From IMG/VR virus record IMGVR_UViG_3300045988_135886: a stretch of DNA of 64,000 bases; one strand, given 5' to 3'. Below are positions 33,936 through 43,881 of the stretch, piece after piece (within the stretch, counting starts at the first letter, position 1; each line of letters starts with the position of its first letter). The notes under the pieces are model-generated. The model did not search any database. It saw only the letters and a list, made by a program, of their open reading frames with translations, and was not told the DNA's origin. The DNA is from a virus. Position numbers and translations under genes: made by a program.

Positions 33936-35187
33936 CGAGATACTTTATGTTTCCATAAAGACTAGACTATATTTTCACCTTCGTCTTTAGCGGTCAGGTG
34001 TTTCATCTTTCAAGTGGTAGCAATCTCCACCTTACTCTCCTTTGAGATAGTCGTTACACATACATCTTGTATAGCACGGTATTACCACAGCTATCTTACG
34101 AAAGACCTTCAGGTTCTCTTAGTCAGCTTATTCGCCTTTGGACAAATGGCTTATAATTGTCATATAAGCAGTCTTAGTTCACTGATACCGTTAGCAGCTT
34201 TCGCTACACCTCTTTGCAATCAGAGTTTATGAAACTTAACACCAAATATTTCTATTCAGCTCGACCCGTTTTAAAATACTCATTTACTATTAATCTATAC
34301 TTCTGATATTTTCTATCCATATAAGTTGTAGCATGTCCATAGAGCCTATAGCACATTTCAATTGTTTGCATTGAACCGCCAATATTAAGTGCATAAATAT
34401 TGTCGTTTCTGTCCCTATATCTTTTGTCTAATTCTAATTTACTTTTTCCAAGATAGTTTTTTAGTCCGGTTAAAAATTCTTTTGTGCCAGTAAAACCAAT
34501 ATAAGCATTAATGACCTTATCATTTTTTATATCAACCGTTATACTTCCATCCCCGTCTAAATATCCACGTATAAAATCATACTTATATTGTTTTGGTACA
34601 ATAGAATCGTCTGGGAAAACAAGTTGTTTGGTCTTTTGCTCAATGCAGCCTTTTTCGATAAGTTGTTGGGCCATATGTTCACTCGCAATCAATACTCTTC
34701 CATAAACAGTATTTTCTTTATAAGAACTATTGGTGGTATATATTTTTATAGGTCCGGTAAAATTAATATCTTCTGTAAAAGCTTCTAATCGTTCCATATC
34801 TTTAATGCTTAAAGCAAGTCCCACTTTTCTGCTGTTGTGTTTTCTTTTGGATACTATATAGCCGTCTGCATATAAGAATCCCAACCAATAAGCTTTATGC
34901 TCGGAATCTATTACATCAAAATAATGTTCATTAGCACTATATTTTAAAGCTTGTTCCCTATCTGTTCTTATGTGTATATTATTTTCTTTTAATTTTTTAG
35001 ACACTGAACCCGGAGAAGTTTTAATTTCTTTTGCTATATTTGCTATTGATTTTTTATTATTGACATATTGTTCAACAATATAATTTATGCACTCTTGAGT
35101 CCATAATATTTTATTGTTAATACGCTCAACCTCCATCTAGCACTCCCTCCTTTCTTTAGATTTTTATGAGTATTTTAAATAAATTGA
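33936..35187 (-). mobile_element. Group-I-like self-splicing intron carrying a homing endonuclease ORF
   Basis: Exon 1 ends in ..GAU (U before the 5' splice site). The intron's last base is G. The 3' part contains S-like 'AAAATATAGTCT' and R-like 'GTGAACTAAGACTG' elements that can pair (AGACT/AGTCT, P7) and a GAAA-capped hairpin (AGC-GAAA-GCT). Confidence 0.65.
34252..35136 (-). CDS. LAGLIDADG homing endonuclease (double-motif) with N-terminal HTH
   Basis: 'YWLGFLYADGYI' and 'FIRGYLDGDGSI' motifs, plus an N-terminal 'SIANIAKEIKTSPGSVSKKLKEN' HTH. It lies entirely inside the dnaE interruption. Confidence 0.8.
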   Translation of the reverse strand: MEVERINNKILWTQECINYIVEQYVNNKKSIANIAKEIKTSPGSVSKKLKENNIHIRTDREQALKYSANEHYFDVIDSEHKAYWLGFLYADGYIVSKRKHNSRKVGLALSIKDMERLEAFTEDINFTGPIKIYTTNSSYKENTVYGRVLIASEHMAQQLIEKGCIEQKTKQLVFPDDSIVPKQYKYDFIRGYLDGDGSITVDIKNDKVINAYIGFTGTKEFLTGLKNYLGKSKLELDKRYRDRNDNIYALNIGGSMQTIEMCYRLYGHATTYMDRKYQKYRLIVNEYFKTGRAE

Positions 35188-36549
35188 ATCTGGCATCTCT
35201 GGTCTACTGGCATGTAAATGCCTCCACCAAGGGATGTTATATTTTAAAGGATTAATTTGTTGCAAATTTATAAGATATGATATATAAAAAGAAGCAATAG
35301 ATCCTCGTGATGGACCAACTAAAGATCCCCCACCATCTTCTGAGTCATCCCACATCATATTGATAATATCCAATGCTGTAATATAATAAGAAGAAACTCT
35401 ATCATTTAATTTTTCACTGGTTTCCCAAATGGCTCCCAACTCATCATTAATTCTTAACATCATTGATTTTATTTCTTCTTTTGTAAGTGACTCCGAATAT
35501 TGCTTTGTCCACCATCCATCTTCGATAAGATATAATAAATATCTGTCACTCTTTTCCTTTGAGTAGGCAAAATTCTTAATATAAGGACAAAAGTCATAAG
35601 CTGTTTCAAAAGAATGACTCATTGTAAATTCTGGTATTTTAGCTTTAGGTACAATTTGTGTATGATACAAGTCATACTCTTCAACCTTCTCACCAATCTC
35701 CAGAGAACACTTCAATGCATCTTCCACTTCTTCATACCCAAGATAATCCATCCTCTGATGAATTTGCTCATTGGTCATCATCCAAGTTGATTCATAGAAA
35801 TCACCTAACTCTCTTTCTTCATCATCGCGACTGTTAAGATAAGCAGCATGAATTTCTCTATCCTCTTGTTTCAAATAGTGAACATCACAGGCAATAGTAG
35901 CTTTTATTCCTAATTGATGCTTTAATTTTACAATCTCTCGATTCAACTTTATCTGTTCTTCTGACAGCCCCGGTTGCATTTCTAAATAGAAATCTTTACC
36001 AAATAACTGCTGGTTCCAGAGGAGAAAATCCATATAATTTTCTCCTGCCAATAGAGACTTGCCTAATTCTCCTCCTAAACATGCTGTCGTTGAAATCAGA
36101 TGTCCAGGATTAGATTTAACCACATGTTCCAGATCACTTTTCAATGTAGGAACACGTTCCATCCTTCCTGTATAAAAACTGTTATCCCATGCTAATGAAC
36201 TAAGTTCTCTTAACTGCTTATGCCCTATTTCATCTTTAGCCAGAAGAATATAATGATAAAATGGAGAATCACAAGACTTCTTTCCATCTTCTGATATATT
36301 TAATTTGTCAACTAAATATATTTCATTACCAAGTATTCCTTTGAAATCTTCCGGCAGTTCACCGGAAGACTTCATGGATTTAATTGTTTGAATAAATCTC
36401 ACATGACCAGATACAGACTCATGGTCAGTGATAGCAACTCCTGAAAGTCCAAGAGATGCAGCTTGTTTTATTAATTGAGGTACTTTTACGATGCAGTCCA
36501 ACATACGAAGCTGACTAAATTCTGTATGCGCATGTGTCTCTATTCTCAC
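35188..36549 (-). CDS. dnaE: DNA polymerase III alpha subunit (DnaE-type), exon 1 (PHP domain and start of the polymerase core)
   Basis: PHP motifs 'HAHTEFSQL..D' and 'GVAITDHESVSGH'. The exon ends '...WWRHLHASRPEMPD'. The track ORF then runs 7 more codons into the intron before a stop. Confidence 0.75.
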
Positions 36550-37535
36550 TAGAACACCAACTTTCTCTTAGTTTCTTTCTTTATTTCTTGTCCATAAGGA
36601 TTAAGTACTGCAAATGATTTTTTCTCAGGTGTCCATAAGCTATGATACTGGCATAGACCAGAAAACTTAGGATCAGCATTTGGGGAAGTGCTGTGGAATG
36701 GACACCAGTAGCATAATGGAGTTGGTTTGGGAGGATACTCGCCTTTAATTTCCATTTCATCCATTTCATTTAAGACCTTGTCCAGTTTCTTAATTCCTCT
36801 GTTAAGATAACCTTTGGTACATACACCTTCGTCAGCTCCTTGAATAGCATCTATAAGAATAAAATCATACACATGGTCTGTTGCAGGTTGTCCATATAAG
36901 TGAATACATGCCAGATCATAAATTACATGTTGCATAGGTGTTTTTATATCTGCATCTCTAAACACGGCCTTTGAGGATTTATAGTCAGTAATCCTTAGCT
37001 GTTCTTTTGCATTCTTATCCACTCTATCAATAAAACCATGTATAATAACTCTGTCGTCATATACAAATTCAAATCTCTGTTCTACTGCTACGGGAGTCCA
37101 CTCTTTACTATCAATCCTAGATGGCAATACTTTGTTATAAAAGATATCCATCTTTTCTGAATAGTTCATACCTGACTTACTATCAGCAGTAAAAAACTCA
37201 TCAAAATATTTCTTTTTGAGGTCTTTTATACCGAGAATGTGATTATCCGACTTCTCATCAGTCTCTAAATAGCCCTCTTCTGTAATGCTTTTAAGATAGT
37301 CATAATCTACTGTCTTACCTTCCATTATCATTCTCCCCTTAAGCTCTAATGCCTTATGTAAAATAGAACCAATTTCCATAGGAAGAGACGATTTCTTTGA
37401 AAAGTTTTTGTCTACATATTTTAATTTGTGACTCAGTGGACAGTGATCAAAGTTACTCTCTTTACTGTAGGAGAGATAAGGCAGCCCCTTATCCTCCTCA
37501 GTTACTTGTCGGATTTTCTGACTGATTTCAGTCAA
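36549..37535 (-). CDS. PD-(D/E)XK nuclease, Cas4/RecB-like, with a 4-Cys cluster
   Basis: 'GFIDRVD...LRITDYKSSK' (D..D.K core). One N-terminal Cys ('FDHCPLSHKL') and three C-terminal Cys ('CYWCPF...GLCQYH') match the Fe-S arrangement of Cas4/AddB-type nucleases. Confidence 0.65.
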   Translation of the reverse strand: MTEISQKIRQVTEEDKGLPYLSYSKESNFDHCPLSHKLKYVDKNFSKKSSLPMEIGSILHKALELKGRMIMEGKTVDYDYLKSITEEGYLETDEKSDNHILGIKDLKKKYFDEFFTADSKSGMNYSEKMDIFYNKVLPSRIDSKEWTPVAVEQRFEFVYDDRVIIHGFIDRVDKNAKEQLRITDYKSSKAVFRDADIKTPMQHVIYDLACIHLYGQPATDHVYDFILIDAIQGADEGVCTKGYLNRGIKKLDKVLNEMDEMEIKGEYPPKPTPLCYWCPFHSTSPNADPKFSGLCQYHSLWTPEKKSFAVLNPYGQEIKKETKRKLVF

Positions 37536-37546
37536 TTAATGCCTTT

Positions 37547-38683
37547 CTATACATAATACGTTCCCTCCAACGCGATATCTTCCATAGTTATTTCTACTTT
37601 GTTGTCAAGCAGTTTTAATAATGTTTCTTTGCCTTTATCTGTAGGCGCATCCTTATAATCTAATACCCCATCTTTATCCCATAAGATTGATACTTTACAA
37701 TATGGAATAATCGGACGTATTTTCTTAAACAATTTATTTTTGTACAGCTCACCGTCCCATCCATACGGATCCTTATATTCCTTGTCAAAACCAAGAATTA
37801 ATTCTTCTATCTTCAAATAATCGAGTAGCAATTTGATTTGTTCATCTGAAATTTCACTGCCACATACAGCTAAAGAAAAGTCATCATCACCAAAATACGA
37901 ATGATTTTGCATAACTCCTTTCTCAGACTCAAGTAGTAAACATTTCCTACAAGTCTTAATCTTATTCTGGTTAATATGAATACCATAAAGATTATGTGAT
38001 AACTTGTGGCTTAGAAATTTTCCTTCTATATTAAGAGGTACATATTTTCCAATGTTCTCTACGTCTTCTTCATCGAGATATCTTCCTCTTATACCAATAA
38101 GATTTTGATGTCTATCTCTATGAGGAATAACTATTTGATTTGTATTACCCCAATAAGATATTTCAAATGTAGATAACGTCTCTCTGGAAATATGGTCGTT
38201 TAAAAACACTTCATGAGGAGTATATTCAAACATTTCTAATACATGCTCATCTATAGGTTCACAGTCTATAATGTCTGTAGATTTGTTTTTCCCAAACTTC
38301 TTGAGCCACGACATATCACATATATGTTTTGGTCTCTCAATATGTTCAACAGCTTTCATATCTATTTGATTAGCAATATAAGATACCGCCTGATACCAAG
38401 TATAAGTAATCCCTTGTACTCTTTTAGCTCTGATTACTAATTCAAAAATAGAGAATGATTCGCTACATGAGGTGTAGCAATGAAATGTTCTTCCAGAATA
38501 CTGATCTGTAGGTTCATGATAGTAATAAAGCTTATAACTATCGCCACCATGACAGATTGTTTGAAAGATAAGATTCCCAGATGAGTCTGTTCTATATCCT
38601 TTTGATCCTAAATCGGTAACTATCTTGATTACCTGTTCCTTTGTAAGAGCCTTTAATATTGCATTTTTATCATAGTAAGGCAT
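37547..38683 (-). CDS. dnaG: DnaG-like DNA primase (zinc-binding + TOPRIM)
   Basis: 'CHGGDSYKLYYY....FHCYTSC' zinc-finger-like motif and a downstream 'LLLESEKG' TOPRIM-like Glu. Adjacent to the helicase gene. Confidence 0.6.
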   Translation of the reverse strand: MPYYDKNAILKALTKEQVIKIVTDLGSKGYRTDSSGNLIFQTICHGGDSYKLYYYHEPTDQYSGRTFHCYTSCSESFSIFELVIRAKRVQGITYTWYQAVSYIANQIDMKAVEHIERPKHICDMSWLKKFGKNKSTDIIDCEPIDEHVLEMFEYTPHEVFLNDHISRETLSTFEISYWGNTNQIVIPHRDRHQNLIGIRGRYLDEEDVENIGKYVPLNIEGKFLSHKLSHNLYGIHINQNKIKTCRKCLLLESEKGVMQNHSYFGDDDFSLAVCGSEISDEQIKLLLDYLKIEELILGFDKEYKDPYGWDGELYKNKLFKKIRPIIPYCKVSILWDKDGVLDYKDAPTDKGKETLLKLLDNKVEITMEDIALEGTYYV

Positions 38684-38691
38684 CAGTACAC

Positions 38692-40308
38692 CTAAAAATC
38701 AAATGGCATTGATCCCAATAAAGTACTCGTAGCTTCTTGTTGCTCATCATCAGTAATCTGGATATCATCAAGGCTCTCAGAATGTTCCTCAATTACTTTC
38801 TCAATTTGAGCTACAGCCACTTCAGTTTCGATCAGGTTATAATAGTTGTCTGTAATAAATAAATCTTTAGTTCTACCAGTAGAGAGATCAGCATATTGCC
38901 ATAAACGGATTTTTGTCAGTTTTCCTCTTCGTACTTTATATATGTGTCTTACAAGATTGGGTATTGGCACTCCATACATATTGTGCATAAGTTTCTTTAC
39001 ACACTCTAACTCTGCACTTGTTGGCCTCAGTGAAATTTCACCTAAGTCAATTCTATCTGCTAGAGATTTTGCACCTCTTAACATTGTTTCGTCTTTAATC
39101 TGACTATCTTTGTATGTACCATTTAACTGAGTCATTGTTAGAATAAAGATATCCAATTTCATAGCCAAATTCTTAAGAGTGTCCATGAATAAGAACAAAG
39201 TCTGATCTTCTCTCAATTTCATTCCTTTACTCATAGAAGCAACTTCAGCAATTAATTTAGCTGACATATGTATATAATCGAATACGAAATAATGACATCC
39301 TTTTTCTCTCTTATAAGTTTTAATGATATTTGATATATCTTCTATACCAAAATCATTAATAATTTCTATATATAAAGGATAAGTAGCAATATATTCAATA
39401 GCTTTATCTACTCGTTCTTCCTCATCTCCTTCATAGTCTCCATCAAGAATCTTGTTCTCTGGTACTCCGGAAACGTATGCCATAATGATAGTCTGTACTT
39501 CGTCTTCCTCTAACTCAGTAGAGATGAATAGAGATGGTTCCTCACACCCAGTGTAAATCCATTCTTTTTTATCTGTATCATAGAAATAAGGGATTGAAAT
39601 ATTACAGATATCTGCCAATGCAGTCCTTGTCTTTCCTCCACCAGAATCAGCAGAACGAAGATAGACCTTTTTAAGTCTCGCCCCTCTAGCAATAGTAGTC
39701 ATCATAGGGCTCTGTAAAGGTATTCCAAACTCTGGTTCTTCTTTCAATCTTTCTTTCAGTTCTTTCATCCCCTTACCGGCAAGCTGACCCTTTCTCGAAG
39801 AATCCATTCCATAGAGCATTTTTGCTTTCGTAATGAGCAGATCCTCTTCTTCCAGAATCATATCATTTATTGAAGTTGCATCTAATTTAGCTGCTTGCTG
39901 TTCTTGTCTGCTAGGATCAATGATTGTTTGATCATAGATGTTCCTTATGTCTACTCCACATGAATCCCAATATCTTAAAAGACTAAATTTCTTCAAGCGT
40001 TCCAGGTAGTAACTAAAATTTTCCAATTCAGCCAAACGAATGGCATCGTCACAATAATCAATTCCTTGATTATCGTTGAAAATTTTATATTGTTTCTCAT
40101 ATCTTGAAAGAAAACTATCTATAGCAAATGTATCTATAATCTCTACCCCTTGGTTGTAGAGATTATACACACATGAAAATAATATTGCGTAAAATTGTTC
40201 TTCTTCAAAGTCATACTGTGTAAGTGTGTATTCTTCCAAAAGGGAAGGTTTCTTCATAATACATCCTAAACATTGAAGAGTGGCGTGTTTGTCAATTAAC
40301 ATATTCAC
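38692..40308 (-). CDS. dnaB: DnaB-like replicative helicase
   Basis: An N-terminal DnaB-type helical domain ('LQCLGCIMKKPSLL') and a RecA-like core with 'RSADSGGGKTRTAL' (Walker A). Confidence 0.7.
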   Translation of the reverse strand: MNMLIDKHATLQCLGCIMKKPSLLEEYTLTQYDFEEEQFYAILFSCVYNLYNQGVEIIDTFAIDSFLSRYEKQYKIFNDNQGIDYCDDAIRLAELENFSYYLERLKKFSLLRYWDSCGVDIRNIYDQTIIDPSRQEQQAAKLDATSINDMILEEEDLLITKAKMLYGMDSSRKGQLAGKGMKELKERLKEEPEFGIPLQSPMMTTIARGARLKKVYLRSADSGGGKTRTALADICNISIPYFYDTDKKEWIYTGCEEPSLFISTELEEDEVQTIIMAYVSGVPENKILDGDYEGDEEERVDKAIEYIATYPLYIEIINDFGIEDISNIIKTYKREKGCHYFVFDYIHMSAKLIAEVASMSKGMKLREDQTLFLFMDTLKNLAMKLDIFILTMTQLNGTYKDSQIKDETMLRGAKSLADRIDLGEISLRPTSAELECVKKLMHNMYGVPIPNLVRHIYKVRRGKLTKIRLWQYADLSTGRTKDLFITDNYYNLIETEVAVAQIEKVIEEHSESLDDIQITDDEQQEATSTLLGSMPFDF

Positions 40309-40898
40309 TCCCCTATTTTGCTTATATCAATCAAATCTACATTTTTCTTTTTAGGCGATACTTTTATATGCTTCTTTTTATAAATCTTATCCAAATCTAC
40401 TTTTGAAGGTTCTATACTGTCTAGCTGTGCATAAAATGCCTGAGCTTGATCATAATACCAAGGAATTAATCCAACAATGTCACTATCTTCATCTTTCCTG
40501 GCTTCTAATCCAACTATAGAAAAACAATATTCTAAAGTCTGTTCCATTCCTTCCCAAGTAAATCCTTCATACATTTTTTTGTATTTATAAGCCATTGCTG
40601 AACTTTTCGCTGTGCATTTACCCTGTATTTGCTCCACTTTACTAAAGAATTTTTCTGCTGCCTGGGCTTCACTTTCTGGAACTGCTTCAGGGATTTCAGG
40701 GAGAGCACTTTGTTTCAGCGCTCTCTCATATTGTTCCCTTTGCTTCTTCGTCAGTTTATCATTGTCAATCTTTTCTTTTTCTTTCTTGATTTTTTTATCA
40801 AGACAAGCTTTATGATAGTATCTGGTTTTTATATGAATAGCTTTCGAAGCAAGTACATTTTTATGACATACCGGGCAAATGTACATTGCCCTTGGCAT
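40305..40898 (-). CDS. Zn-ribbon protein of the replication module (function unknown)
   Basis: 'CPVCHKNV...YYHKAC' at the N-terminus and a basic linker. ATGA-coupled to both neighbours. Confidence 0.3.
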   Translation of the reverse strand: MPRAMYICPVCHKNVLASKAIHIKTRYYHKACLDKKIKKEKEKIDNDKLTKKQREQYERALKQSALPEIPEAVPESEAQAAEKFFSKVEQIQGKCTAKSSAMAYKYKKMYEGFTWEGMEQTLEYCFSIVGLEARKDEDSDIVGLIPWYYDQAQAFYAQLDSIEPSKVDLDKIYKKKHIKVSPKKKNVDLIDISKIGE

Positions 40899-41896
40899 TA
40901 CGCCACTCCTAATTCAGCACAAGCATCCTTAATGTCTTCGAGAATAATACTCATAGCCTCAGTCTGCTTTTTAGTACACTGAGATACTTTCTTCCCGACA
41001 CCAAGAGTCTGCTCTACAATATCTGTCAATGTTTCCATATGATCTGAGGCAGCTAGTTTACCTCCCCAAAGGGCAATCTCTTCCTGAAGCTGTTCAAAGG
41101 ACATTGTTTCTTTTTCTTCATACATAGACTGCTGCTCATCATAGGATACTGATTTAATACCGTCAGCTTCTTCCTGTTTAGTGATTGCATCAGAAATTGC
41201 TTTCTCTAAATTATCTGCTGTAAACTCTTCAATTTTAGTTACCATGAAATCATATCTTGAACGAGCGAAGAACTTATCTGTCTGTGCAAAATAAGCAGAA
41301 GATTTAATTACATGTCCATCTTCATCTACGCCATTTGGCTCAAGGTAAGCCACTACGTCACAATTATCTACAATTGGTTTAATACAGCGCTTGTCTCCCT
41401 TAGGCTGAATAAAGCCATCTTTTTCGTCTGCATGTGCAACGAATACCACTGTATACCCGGAAGTTACTAATTTCTGAATCTGTTCCCAATAAATACGTTC
41501 ATAAATCTGATAAAGATTTACTTTGCTGTTTTCATTGGCTCCAAGAGAAATGCATCCTCCACCATATGTGTCACATACGAATTTCTGGCAAAACAGAGAG
41601 GAAGCATATACTTCATCAATAACAATAGTGGAATAAATCTCTTTAGCTCTTTCTACTGTTTTAGGATCAGTAAGTTCTTTGATGTACTTAGTGAACATTC
41701 TCCAGTTGTTAATCATTTTATGTTTAACTCCTGCCTGAGCACCTAAACCATTCTCACACATGAAGAACAAAGCATTCTTCATCTTTGCGCAATTATAAGT
41801 TTTTCCCGTATTGTTTGTGCCATAAAGCATAATTACTTTTCCTTCAAGACCATGTGCTACAACGCTTACTTCTGGTTCAAAAATACTATCTGTCAT
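40898..41896 (-). CDS. Sak4-like / AAA_24-type recombination ATPase
   Basis: Walker A 'LYGTNNTGKTYN' and Walker B-like 'TIVIDEV'. Size and position next to an SSB-like gene fit this call. Confidence 0.55.
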   Translation of the reverse strand: MTDSIFEPEVSVVAHGLEGKVIMLYGTNNTGKTYNCAKMKNALFFMCENGLGAQAGVKHKMINNWRMFTKYIKELTDPKTVERAKEIYSTIVIDEVYASSLFCQKFVCDTYGGGCISLGANENSKVNLYQIYERIYWEQIQKLVTSGYTVVFVAHADEKDGFIQPKGDKRCIKPIVDNCDVVAYLEPNGVDEDGHVIKSSAYFAQTDKFFARSRYDFMVTKIEEFTADNLEKAISDAITKQEEADGIKSVSYDEQQSMYEEKETMSFEQLQEEIALWGGKLAASDHMETLTDIVEQTLGVGKKVSQCTKKQTEAMSIILEDIKDACAELGVA

Positions 41897-41949
41897 ATGT
41901 AATCTCCTTTGATTTTACTATTTATATTTTTTACAAACTTGTTTATAGA

Positions 41950-42870
41950 TTAAAAATTAGGAAGTTTTGGTCTAGCTTTAGTTGTTGCGGCAGAAGCTGC
42001 TGTCTCTGGCTGTTTAGCTTTTGCTTTCTCTTCCTCTAAGCGAACTTCTCTATCAGTAATTGCCTGAGAAATTGCACCAATGTCATATGGTTCTGGAGTT
42101 GGTGTTTCACTATCCTCGCCGTAAGCATCAGAAGCATTTGTAATAATCATCTCATTTTTATAGATAGTTTTCTTCTCAAATCTTGGTTTACCAATTTTTA
42201 CAGGAATTTCTTTTGTGATTTCTGCACGACTATTTACAATATCACCATAGAACTTAACAGTCTGATTTGGTGTATAATCATCTAAAATTGCTTCTGCAAT
42301 TCCATCTTCTGCTGGAGCAACTAAAGTCATTGGTTCAATTCCTGAATAAGTAGGAACCCATCCTTTTACGATAGCACGACCTGTCTCTTCACCTTTATTC
42401 TCGCCAGATGTATAAAGTTCTGGTGTAATAGAAGCAATTGCCATTTCTACTTCAAACCAAGCACGAGGCTCAAATTTCTCTGGATCTCCATCATAACGAT
42501 TAAAAAACATTGTCTGGTAGGAGACACCTACATGCACCTGTTTGTCTTTTCCGACATAAGAGCGAGGTCTGATCTGACCATTTGTAACAGTTACTCTTGT
42601 AGCTGCATCTTTACCAACTTTAGCAATAGACTGATATTCTCTCATTACAGTTTCAATGCCTGCATAACAGCCATTATCTGTACCGTCATTTTTCTTTTCA
42701 TTCACATATACTCTAAATGTTACGAAATTAATGTCTCCTGTCTGCACTGTAATGTCACCACTAATGACTTTTTTACCATCTCTTACTGATTCTTCCAGTG
42801 TGTTTTCGCTTACAATACCAACTACTTCTACTTTTGTGTCTGCCTGTCTTAAATTTGTTTTTTCACTCAT
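41950..42870 (-). CDS. Putative ssDNA-binding protein
   Basis: The call rests on position beside the Sak4-like ATPase, a beta-rich N-terminal half, and a low-complexity C-terminal tail ending in '..PKLPNF'. No diagnostic motif. Confidence 0.3.
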   Translation of the reverse strand: MSEKTNLRQADTKVEVVGIVSENTLEESVRDGKKVISGDITVQTGDINFVTFRVYVNEKKNDGTDNGCYAGIETVMREYQSIAKVGKDAATRVTVTNGQIRPRSYVGKDKQVHVGVSYQTMFFNRYDGDPEKFEPRAWFEVEMAIASITPELYTSGENKGEETGRAIVKGWVPTYSGIEPMTLVAPAEDGIAEAILDDYTPNQTVKFYGDIVNSRAEITKEIPVKIGKPRFEKKTIYKNEMIITNASDAYGEDSETPTPEPYDIGAISQAITDREVRLEEEKAKAKQPETAASAATTKARPKLPNF

Positions 42871-42935
42871 AAATAATGTCTCCTCTTATAAATAATATTG
42901 TTTGGTATATTGATAAGCGTTCATGATTGAACGAC

Positions 42936-43109
42936 TTATTCACTAAATCTCATGCTAACTCTATCTAAATATTCTTCATCTGACAGATTAGCGAATCTAA
43001 TAACTGTATATATGCCTTTGCATTCTGGGCATCTATTATTTTTTCTTTCATTCCATTCAAATACTGAAGCACAACGAGTGCACTGGCATAATGTTGTTCG
43101 TGTTTCCAT
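42936..43109 (-). CDS. Small Zn-ribbon protein
   Basis: The ATG at 43109 lies 6 nt after GAGGAGG. Motif 'CQCTRC....NRCPEC'. Confidence 0.4.
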   Translation of the reverse strand: METRTTLCQCTRCASVFEWNERKNNRCPECKGIYTVIRFANLSDEEYLDRVSMRFSE

Positions 43110-43110
43110 C

Positions 43111-43881
43111 TCATGCCTCCTCTTCAAAGATGCTTCCGCTAATGCCTAAGGCTTCAGCAAGTAGTGTTTTCAGAGGCTCTGATGGATTCTGATCATTCAA
43201 CCATCCTAAATAACTATCTGGAATTTCAGAGAGTGGTTCTCCCTTATGTTTGCCGAATGGCATAAGATATGTTTCTGGTGTAGGTTTGAATTCTTTCATC
43301 AGTTCATCTACTTCAGTTTCATCAAAAGATACTGTTAAATCTTTTCTTGATGCTAAATAATCTGCTAAGTGAACTATCATCTGACCTTTTGTTTCTGGTA
43401 ATGGCAGCTCATCTTTACTTCTTTTATCTGTGTTCCATTCACCCATATGTGAGGCGCAACAGTTTGCAATATAATCCAATTCTTCATCTGGCAACCATTC
43501 AAATCCTTTATAGGATTTTATTCTCTCAGCTATAAGTAACGGGTGTTTAAAAAGAGTATATTGACTGCCATTACGCCCAAGTTTTTCATCATCATGGTTC
43601 ATAATAGCTGTTCGTAGCATATCTCTTTCTCTTGATGTAAACTGACTCTTGATACAATCAATTGACAGCATATGGTTTAAGAATCTAGTTGCCCCTTTTA
43701 CATGTTTAGCAAGTCCCATAAAACCAACTGTATAATCAGGGTGATACTTGTTAGTACTTGAAGCAGACACTTGCCAGAAATATGTAGGCGCAGTATCTAG
43801 TAATTCAATACAAAATTCCTGAATATCATCATTTTCAAATACTTCTAATTCTTCCTTAAAAAATCTCTCTGCTAATGTCAT
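43111..43881 (-). CDS. HD-domain phosphohydrolase with a C-terminal DUF3820-like motif
   Basis: 'KYHPDY' ... 'IMNHDDEK' (H..HD..D pattern). The C-terminal 'MPFGKHKGEPLSEIPDSYLGWL' resembles the DUF3820 signature. Confidence 0.55.
   Translation of the reverse strand: MTLAERFFKEELEVFENDDIQEFCIELLDTAPTYFWQVSASSTNKYHPDYTVGFMGLAKHVKGATRFLNHMLSIDCIKSQFTSRERDMLRTAIMNHDDEKLGRNGSQYTLFKHPLLIAERIKSYKGFEWLPDEELDYIANCCASHMGEWNTDKRSKDELPLPETKGQMIVHLADYLASRKDLTVSFDETEVDELMKEFKPTPETYLMPFGKHKGEPLSEIPDSYLGWLNDQNPSEPLKTLLAEALGISGSIFEEEA

Noticed and set aside
33568-34232. + strand ORFs 33568-33990 and 34014-34232 (and 34511-34788) in the dnaE/intron region.
   Set aside because: They lie antisense to dnaE exon 2, the intron core or the endonuclease gene. 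They have no SD, and their low-complexity hydrophobic translations are typical of antisense AT-rich sequence.
35164-36549. A truncated or pseudogenised dnaE, or a naturally split two-polypeptide DnaE.
   Set aside because: The frame reopens exactly in the middle of the conserved PD-x-D-x-D motif with no start codon or SD. The interruption carries a LAGLIDADG ORF, ends in G, follows a U, and contains R/S-like core elements. An intron explains all of this better than a pseudogene.
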